Virus record (IMG/VR): IMGVR_UViG_3300024255_000023
Coordinates: 523 to 64,522 of that record
DNA: 64,000 nt
Direction: 5' to 3' (one strand)
Origin: a virus
Lineage: Duplodnaviria; Caudoviricetes
Part shown: positions 58,216 to 64,000 of the stretch, one piece after another
Position numbering within the stretch: position 1 is the stretch's first letter
Layout: the number at the start of each line of letters is the position of its first letter
Position numbers and translations under genes: made by a program
Notes under the pieces: generated by a model
Told to the model about the DNA's origin: nothing
The model's input: the letters and a program-made list of their open reading frames with translations, nothing else
Database searches by the model: none

Positions 58216-58940
58216 ATGGATATGAAAAATATTTTACAAAACATGGATGCAGCCGCAAGTGGTGATAAACCTTCCGCTGATACAAAAGATGTTAACAGTA
58301 TGAAAACTATCTTAGAGTCTATACAAGAATGTGGTAGCCCAATGATGGCAGGACAAGAAATGCCAATGGCGTCAGAAGGTGGACAACCAGTAACAGTAAG
58401 TATTACAGCATCAGGTAAAGATAATGTATCAGACTTAATTGCAATGATGCAGATGCTGCTGGCATTACACAGATGGGTCCAGCAGTTACAGATGAACCAA
58501 AAATGTTACCAGCACCAGATGGCGATGACCAAGAAATGGACATGGCTACTATGAGAGACTTAATAGTTGGTAAACCTGATGAACCAACTGAAGAAAATTA
58601 TGCCAATTCACCAGATCCAGAATACGGTGATATGAGCGATGCTATTCCAGATGGTAATGATTTGAACCGCAAGAAGAAAGCATACCCTGCTACACAAGAT
58701 GGCGACAACCCAATGGCTGTTGAAGACGATAGCGATGATACATCTGAGTTAGAAGCACGTATTAAAGAAGAACTAAAAGCAGCATTAGAAGGTAAGTATT
58801 CTAAAAAAAAAGTCGACAAAAAAGTAAGTGAAAAAGAATCACCAGCAGGCGGTCCAGCATGTTGGGATGGTAAAAAGATTGGAAGCCCTAAAACTAAAAT
58901 GAAGGGCGGAAAAAGAGTAAACAACTGCGTATCAGCTTAA
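58216..58940 (+). CDS. acidic late protein split by an apparent 1-nt frameshift near 58450-58452
   Basis: ORF 58216 reads sensibly to ...LIAMMQ; the -1 frame continues DAAGITQMGPAV... into ORF 58473. Confidence 0.6.
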
Positions 58941-58955
58941 TTCCTTAAACTAATC

Positions 58956-58982
58956 AATAGGCTCTTCGGGGCCTATTTTTTT
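58956..58982 (+). terminator. rho-independent terminator with C(UUCG)G tetraloop
   Basis: AATAGGCTC-TTCG-GGGCCTATT-TTTTT. Confidence 0.9.
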
Positions 58983-58983
58983 G

Positions 58984-58991
58984 AATAAATA
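58984..58991 (+). promoter_or_regulatory. late promoter AATAAATA (leaderless)
   Basis: 5 nt before the terminase ATG; no SD. Confidence 0.75.
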
Positions 58992-58996
58992 TTATT

Positions 58997-60577
58997 ATGG
59001 CAGCATCACTAGACGGCGTCTTAATTAAGAAAGCCAATAAACAAGAAACATTTACAAATGCACAAGTAGAAGACTTGATGAAGTGCATGGATCCTGACGA
59101 AGGGTATCTACACTTTGCAAAACACTTTGCATTTATTCAACATCCTGTGAAGGGAAAACTGTTATTTGATCCTTACGAGTATCAGTTAAGACTGATGCAC
59201 AGTTATCATAACTATCGTTTTAATATTAATATGATGCCTAGACAAACAGGTAAAACTACCTGTGCTAGTATCTACCTAGCATGGTATGCAATGTTTAAAC
59301 CAGATCAAACTATTCTAGTTGCTGCACACAAATACACAGGCGCACAAGAAATTATGTCACGCATACGCTTTGTGTATGAGACTTGTCCTGATCATATACG
59401 TGCAGGTGTTACAAGTTATAACAAACAATCGATTGAATTTGAAAATGGTTCACGTATTGTAGCACAAACAACAACAGGCAACACAGGACGTGGTATGAGT
59501 ATTTCGTTACTGTACTGTGACGAGTTTGCATTTGTTATGCCTAACATTGCTGAAGAGTTTTGGACATCAATATCTCCTACACTAGCAACAGGTGGTCGTG
59601 CTATTATTACTAGTACGCCTAACAGTGATGAAGATACATTTGCTACTATTTGGAAACAAGCAGAAGAAAAGTTTGATGCACACGGCAATGAACAAGAGCT
59701 TGGAATAAATGGATTTCATAGTTTTGTTGCCGAGTGGCACGAACATCCCGATAGAGATGAAGAATGGAAGACAGAAGAAATTGGACGCATTGGCGAAGAA
59801 AAGTTTAGACGTGAGTATGGTTGTGAATTTTTAGTATTTGACGAAACATTAATCAACAGTATTAAACTTGCAACCATGGACGGCAGAAGCCCTATACTTA
59901 ATATGGGGCAAACACGTTGGTATAAAAAACCAACCAGCCAATATACATATGCAGTAGCACTTGATCCTAGTATGGGCACAGGTGGCGATAATGCTGCTAT
60001 ACAAGTTTTTGAATTACCTAGTTACGAACAAGTTGCCGAATGGCAACACAATCAAACTGCAATACCCGGACAAGTTAGAGTGTTAAGTGATATATGCAAG
60101 TATCTAGAAGAGCAAACTAAAAACCCGCAAGGAATTTACTGGAGCGTGGAGAACAATGGACTAGGCGAGGCTGCCCTTATCGTTATAAACGACTACGGAG
60201 AAGAGAACATTCCGGGTTTGTTCGTCAGTGAGCCTATCCGCAAGGGACACGTTCGTAAATTCCGCAAAGGATTTAATACTACACACAGCACAAAAGTAAC
60301 TGCTTGTAGTAGATTAAAGACTATGATTGAAAACGATAAAATGATTATCAACAGCAAACCGTTTGTATCTGAACTTAAAGGCTTTGTTGCTACAGGTTCA
60401 AGCTATCAAGCAAAATCTGGTATGAGTGATGATTTAGTAAGTGCAACATTACTTGCTATCAGAATGATGAGTGTGTTAAAAGACTGGGATCCTAGAGTGT
60501 ACAATTCGTTTAATCAAGCAGAGGATATTGAAGACTACGAAGCACCCATGCCAATCTTCGTTAGCAGCAATTATTGA
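58997..60577 (+). CDS. terminase large subunit (T4 gp17-like)
   Basis: LFDPYEYQ, Walker A MPRQTGKTT, Walker B LLYCDEFAF, ITSTPN, nuclease ALDPSMGTGGD and DDLV. Confidence 0.95.
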   Translation: MAASLDGVLIKKANKQETFTNAQVEDLMKCMDPDEGYLHFAKHFAFIQHPVKGKLLFDPYEYQLRLMHSYHNYRFNINMMPRQTGKTTCASIYLAWYAMFKPDQTILVAAHKYTGAQEIMSRIRFVYETCPDHIRAGVTSYNKQSIEFENGSRIVAQTTTGNTGRGMSISLLYCDEFAFVMPNIAEEFWTSISPTLATGGRAIITSTPNSDEDTFATIWKQAEEKFDAHGNEQELGINGFHSFVAEWHEHPDRDEEWKTEEIGRIGEEKFRREYGCEFLVFDETLINSIKLATMDGRSPILNMGQTRWYKKPTSQYTYAVALDPSMGTGGDNAAIQVFELPSYEQVAEWQHNQTAIPGQVRVLSDICKYLEEQTKNPQGIYWSVENNGLGEAALIVINDYGEENIPGLFVSEPIRKGHVRKFRKGFNTTHSTKVTACSRLKTMIENDKMIINSKPFVSELKGFVATGSSYQAKSGMSDDLVSATLLAIRMMSVLKDWDPRVYNSFNQAEDIEDYEAPMPIFVSSNY

Positions 60578-60583
60578 TAAATA
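60576..60583 (+). promoter_or_regulatory. late promoter GATAAATA (leaderless)
   Basis: 5 nt before ATG 60589. Confidence 0.7.
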
Positions 60584-60588
60584 CTTTT

Positions 60589-62640
60589 ATGAAGAATCTT
60601 GACAACATAGCAGATGAACTATTTAATAAAGTTCGAGGACGTTTTCCGAATGTTACTATTGGTGACGAAGAAGGAAAAATAACTAATGTACCTGAAGAAG
60701 CTCGTTTCTTTGACTTTGAGTACAAAGAGTCAAACAGAGCATTAGGTAAAGTAAGTATTAGTATTGACGATACTAGTTTAAGTGTTATGTATAGTAATGA
60801 TTTTGTTGCTAATGAAGACGCAATGACTAGAGACAATTGGTATAATTTTCTTAAAGAGCTTAGAGTATTCAGCAAGAAAAGAATGTTAAATTTTGATACT
60901 AGAAATATTACAAAATCAAACTTAGATCGCAGAGATTACAACTTTTTAGCGTCAAACCGCACTGAGGAAGAACAGATGACAGAGTCAACAATGTATGGAA
61001 CAGATAAAACAAGTTTTCAAAAATTTGGAAACGCAAAATTATCTATAAAACATTCTACGCCAATTAGCGTAGAAGAGAATAGCAGAGCCAGAAGTCAAAA
61101 GATTGGCAAAATTTATATTGAAAATGCAGAGGGTGAAAAGTTTAAATATCCTTACAAACACCTAAGCGGTGCAAGAGCAATGGCAACACATGTTGCAGAA
61201 GGCGGTTATCCTTATGATGACTTTGGTAAACATATTGTAGGTTTGTCAGAAGAACTAAACAAGTTACGTAAGTTTAAAACTTATATGGGCCGTTCAAGTG
61301 TAATGGCAGAAAGTCTAGCTGGATATGTAGACATTGTTAAAGAACGTGCAGTAGCAATTAAAAAAGAAATTTCAAATTTACAAAAACCAGGTTATTATAA
61401 AGAAGCAGTTGACGGCTTTGAAACACCTGTACTAGAAGATGTACCAAGTGATGTTGCAGAAAATTGGATTGATCAACTTACTATCAAACAGTTTAACGAA
61501 GAATTACAAGATGTTTTTCCATACATTTATAATCTTGTAAGTGAAGCAACAAAAGCACAAGACGTAACATTAGAAGAATTAGAAGAAGGTCCTATTGATT
61601 GGGCTAAAGGTAAGATTGCTGACTTTAAACAAGGTCGTGCTGACAATATGAAACAGTATGATCAAGACTTACATATATTAAGAACGGTATTGTCAAGCAA
61701 CGGCATGGACAAAACAATGATCAGCAGACTAGAACAAGGTTGTTTAAATGATCCAAGAGTTTGTTTGTATAATGAAATTCGTAAAAAGAATATGCAAGCC
61801 GGTGATATGGATGTAGAAGTAGAACGCATTGGTAAAGAATTAAACAGTGGGTGGACTACACGTTCGGGTACAACAGATGAACAAGCTATTGAAGATGCAT
61901 TTGAAGAAATGATGGGACAGTTTGGTGAAGGTAACAGCCCGCACAAAAAAGGTACTGCAAAGTACAAGAAGCATATGGCAGCAATGCATGCCGAAGACTT
62001 TGATCCTGAACATTTTGATGGAGAGTTTCAAGGTTATGCTACAGGTGACGACGGTGAAGAAGACGGAGCAGATATAGAGTACACAGCAACAATAGTTAAC
62101 GGTAAGCCAGTTGTGCATCCTAAGTCAATTAGAGTACATGCACATGGTACCAATCCAAGTAGCAAATTAGGCCATGATGTTGATATGGATACTGAAATGC
62201 AAGATCCAGAAGACATGATGCAACAGTGTCAAGATCATGCAAACGAACTTTGGGCAAAGCAACAACAAGCACAAGGCGAAGGTAATGCATATTCAGGTGC
62301 TGTAGCAAAAGCTAAAATGAACGGCAAGAAAAAAGGTGACAAAATTGACGGTCCAGACGGTGACGAGATTACACTTGAAAAGGACGAAAAGACACCATTA
62401 GGCGAGTTCATACTAAGTTACTTTGATAGAGAAAACGGACAGTTTCCAAAAGGTGAAACAGCAGTACTAACAATGGTAGAGAAAGACTACGGCGAGAAAT
62501 TTATTACACCTGCTAAACAATTTATTGAAATGATCAATAACAAAGTAGCAGAAGTAATGGGCTACAGAGATACTGAAATGGAACCAACGATACAACAAGA
62601 CGAAGAACTAGGCGATATACGTAGATTATCAGGGCTGTAA
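60589..62640 (+). CDS. large acidic late protein, possibly prohead core / internal protein
   Basis: Start moved to ATG 60589 (MKNLDNIADE); modular acidic C-half; ends IRRLSGL. Confidence 0.7.
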   Translation: MKNLDNIADELFNKVRGRFPNVTIGDEEGKITNVPEEARFFDFEYKESNRALGKVSISIDDTSLSVMYSNDFVANEDAMTRDNWYNFLKELRVFSKKRMLNFDTRNITKSNLDRRDYNFLASNRTEEEQMTESTMYGTDKTSFQKFGNAKLSIKHSTPISVEENSRARSQKIGKIYIENAEGEKFKYPYKHLSGARAMATHVAEGGYPYDDFGKHIVGLSEELNKLRKFKTYMGRSSVMAESLAGYVDIVKERAVAIKKEISNLQKPGYYKEAVDGFETPVLEDVPSDVAENWIDQLTIKQFNEELQDVFPYIYNLVSEATKAQDVTLEELEEGPIDWAKGKIADFKQGRADNMKQYDQDLHILRTVLSSNGMDKTMISRLEQGCLNDPRVCLYNEIRKKNMQAGDMDVEVERIGKELNSGWTTRSGTTDEQAIEDAFEEMMGQFGEGNSPHKKGTAKYKKHMAAMHAEDFDPEHFDGEFQGYATGDDGEEDGADIEYTATIVNGKPVVHPKSIRVHAHGTNPSSKLGHDVDMDTEMQDPEDMMQQCQDHANELWAKQQQAQGEGNAYSGAVAKAKMNGKKKGDKIDGPDGDEITLEKDEKTPLGEFILSYFDRENGQFPKGETAVLTMVEKDYGEKFITPAKQFIEMINNKVAEVMGYRDTEMEPTIQQDEELGDIRRLSGL

Positions 62641-62683
62641 TAGTCCTGTTATAAGTTTTATTTCTTTTTCTTTAAAAAAAGAC

Positions 62684-62712
62684 TTGACAACGTAAATAGC
62701 AGAGTGTATAAT
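62684..62712 (+). promoter_or_regulatory. consensus sigma70 promoter
   Basis: TTGACA-17 nt-TATAAT with TG before the -10 and an A/T-rich upstream tract. Confidence 0.9.
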
Positions 62713-62792
62713 AACAACTGTGCTATATACAAAATAGGCACTAGTAGCAATATAGCTACTGCACATAGGCATAACAATTAGGAGGCATAACT

Positions 62793-63770
62793 ATGGCATC
62801 ATTAGCAGAAATCCGTGCAAAGCTCAAAGAGCAAGAAGCAGGTAACAACAACAACCGCTCATCAGGCGGTGATAACGGCATTTACCCATTTTGGAATATG
62901 AAAGAAGGCGAGAACTCGGTTCTACGTTTCCTTCCAGATGGCGATGGCGATAATACTTTCTTTTGGAAAGAACGTTTAGTAATTAAACTTCCATTTGCAG
63001 GTATTAAAGGTGAGACAGACTCACGTCCAGTACAAGTACAAATTCCGTGTATGGAAATGTACGGCGAAACATGTAACATTCTAAACGAAGTACGTGGCTG
63101 GTTTAAAGATCCAAGTCTTGAAGATATGGGTCGCAAGTATTGGAAGAAACGTTCTTATATCTTCCAAGGGTTTGTAACTGATAACCCGCTATCCGATGAT
63201 CAAACTCCGGAGAATCCAATCCGTAGATTTATTATTGGTCCACAAATCTTCCAAATCATTAAGCAGGCGCTTATGGATCCGGATATGGAAGAGTTACCAA
63301 CAGATTATACTGCTGGTGTAGACTTCCGTCTTAACAAAACAAGTAAAGGCGGTTATGCAGACTATTCAACATCTAATTGGGCACGTAGAGATCGTCCACT
63401 AGGTGACACTGAAATGAATGCAGTTAATACACACGGGTTGTTTAATTTAAGTGACTTCCTTCCTAAAAAGCCAGGTGATGTAGAACTAAAGGTTATGCAA
63501 GAAATGTTTGAAGCGTCAGTAGACGGTGAAGCATATGATGCAGAACGTTGGAGTAATTACTTCCGTCCAGCAGGTATGGCACAGCGTACAGGTGATCCTG
63601 TAAAAGCATCCACACCAGCACCGGCAGCACCAGTAGCGGCTCCAGAAGCGGCACCAGAAGCGGCTCCAGAAGCAGCACCAGTAGCAGCTCCGACAGTAGA
63701 TCAGGCCAAAGCAGTAGGCGCGGGCGCAGACGATATTCTAGCAATGATTAGAGCACGTCAAGGACAGTAA
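62793..63770 (+). CDS. single-stranded DNA-binding protein (T4 gp32-like)
   Basis: LRFLPDGD, C..MYGETC, YWKKRSY, GVDFRLNK..KGGYADYSTS; AGGAGG SD; followed by uvsX. Confidence 0.88.
   Translation: MASLAEIRAKLKEQEAGNNNNRSSGGDNGIYPFWNMKEGENSVLRFLPDGDGDNTFFWKERLVIKLPFAGIKGETDSRPVQVQIPCMEMYGETCNILNEVRGWFKDPSLEDMGRKYWKKRSYIFQGFVTDNPLSDDQTPENPIRRFIIGPQIFQIIKQALMDPDMEELPTDYTAGVDFRLNKTSKGGYADYSTSNWARRDRPLGDTEMNAVNTHGLFNLSDFLPKKPGDVELKVMQEMFEASVDGEAYDAERWSNYFRPAGMAQRTGDPVKASTPAPAAPVAAPEAAPEAAPEAAPVAAPTVDQAKAVGAGADDILAMIRARQGQ
63619..63691 (+). repeat. 12-nt tandem repeat encoding the AAPV/AAPE linker of the SSB
   Basis: GCGGCTCCAGAA / GCGGCACCAGAA units; PAAPVAAPEAAPEAAPEAAPVAAP. Confidence 0.8.
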
Positions 63771-63779
63771 GAGCAAGCT

Positions 63780-63813
63780 AAAAGGGTTGCTTTGCTAAAG
63801 AGCAACCCTTTTT
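63780..63813 (+). terminator. rho-independent terminator
   Basis: AAAAGGGTTGCT...AGCAACCCTTTTT. Confidence 0.85.
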
Positions 63814-63844
63814 AGTTGCCCAACTTTTTAGATAGGAGAATAAT

Positions 63845-64000
63845 ATGGCGAATAAATCATTCGATCCGACTAAGTTCCGTAAGGACTTAACAAAATCCAT
63901 CTCAGGCATGAGTAGTGGATTCAACGATCCTAAAGACTGGATCAGCACAGGTAACTTTGCACTAAACTATCTTATTAGTGGCGACTTTCACAAAGGTGTT
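63845..64000 (+). CDS. uvsX: RecA-like recombinase UvsX, 3'-truncated
   Basis: MANKSFDPTKFRK...DWISTGNFALNYLISGDFHKGV matches the RecA/UvsX N-terminal ISTG..ALN..ISG motif; GGAG SD; missing from the ORF track. Confidence 0.8.
   Translation, partial: MANKSFDPTKFRKDLTKSISGMSSGFNDPKDWISTGNFALNYLISGDFHKGV

Noticed and set aside
38102-60588. ORF-track starts at 38102, 42197, 48698, 48685 and 60574
   Set aside because: These upstream alternative starts overlap SD sites, promoters or adjacent genes; ATGs at 38114, 42146, 48644, 48691 and 60589 fit better
50944-63744. Antisense ORFs over the sheath, terminase, ssb and neighbouring genes
   Set aside because: They fully overlap confidently identified genes and have no independent coding signal
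1-64000. CRISPR arrays, tRNA/rRNA genes, integrase, IS elements, introns/inteins, stop-codon reassignment
   Set aside because: No repeat-spacer array or cloverleaf seen; intergenic gaps are short; core genes are uninterrupted and dense in the standard code

Overview
AT-rich 64-kb segment of a large T4-like myovirus genome (tailed phage, probably aquatic; the host cannot be determined from this window). 1-38 kb is a plus-strand late block of giant virion, tail-fibre and baseplate-associated proteins: four paralogous 1,587-3,737 aa proteins with a shared beta-helix-like core, an S74-chaperoned fibre, a Cys/Gly-rich tip protein and a fibre chaperone. 38-46 kb is an enzyme island: GT9-type heptosyltransferase, carbamoyltransferase, three 2OG-Fe(II)-type oxygenases, GmhB, a cupin, HldD, HldE and a NUDIX hydrolase. 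46-64 kb holds rearranged T4 core genes: gp15, gp14, gp13, dNMP kinase, HNH, gp18, gp19, gp4, gp16, gp17, gp32 and the start of uvsX. Highlights: (1) the 3,737 aa virion protein carries about 10 tandem, A/B-alternating helical repeats matching the phycobiliprotein bilin-attachment helix (CxRDxGYxLxxxxYxLxxGG), 8 with the Cys intact; (2) a near-complete ADP-heptose pathway plus transferases and oxygenases next to the fibre genes, a candidate virion-modification system; (3) NATAAATA late promoters that often sit 4-5 nt before an ATG with no Shine-Dalgarno site (leaderless mRNAs), an RBS-sequestering hairpin and a GC-rich structured leader RNA. All protein calls come from motif recognition by eye; no database search was run.
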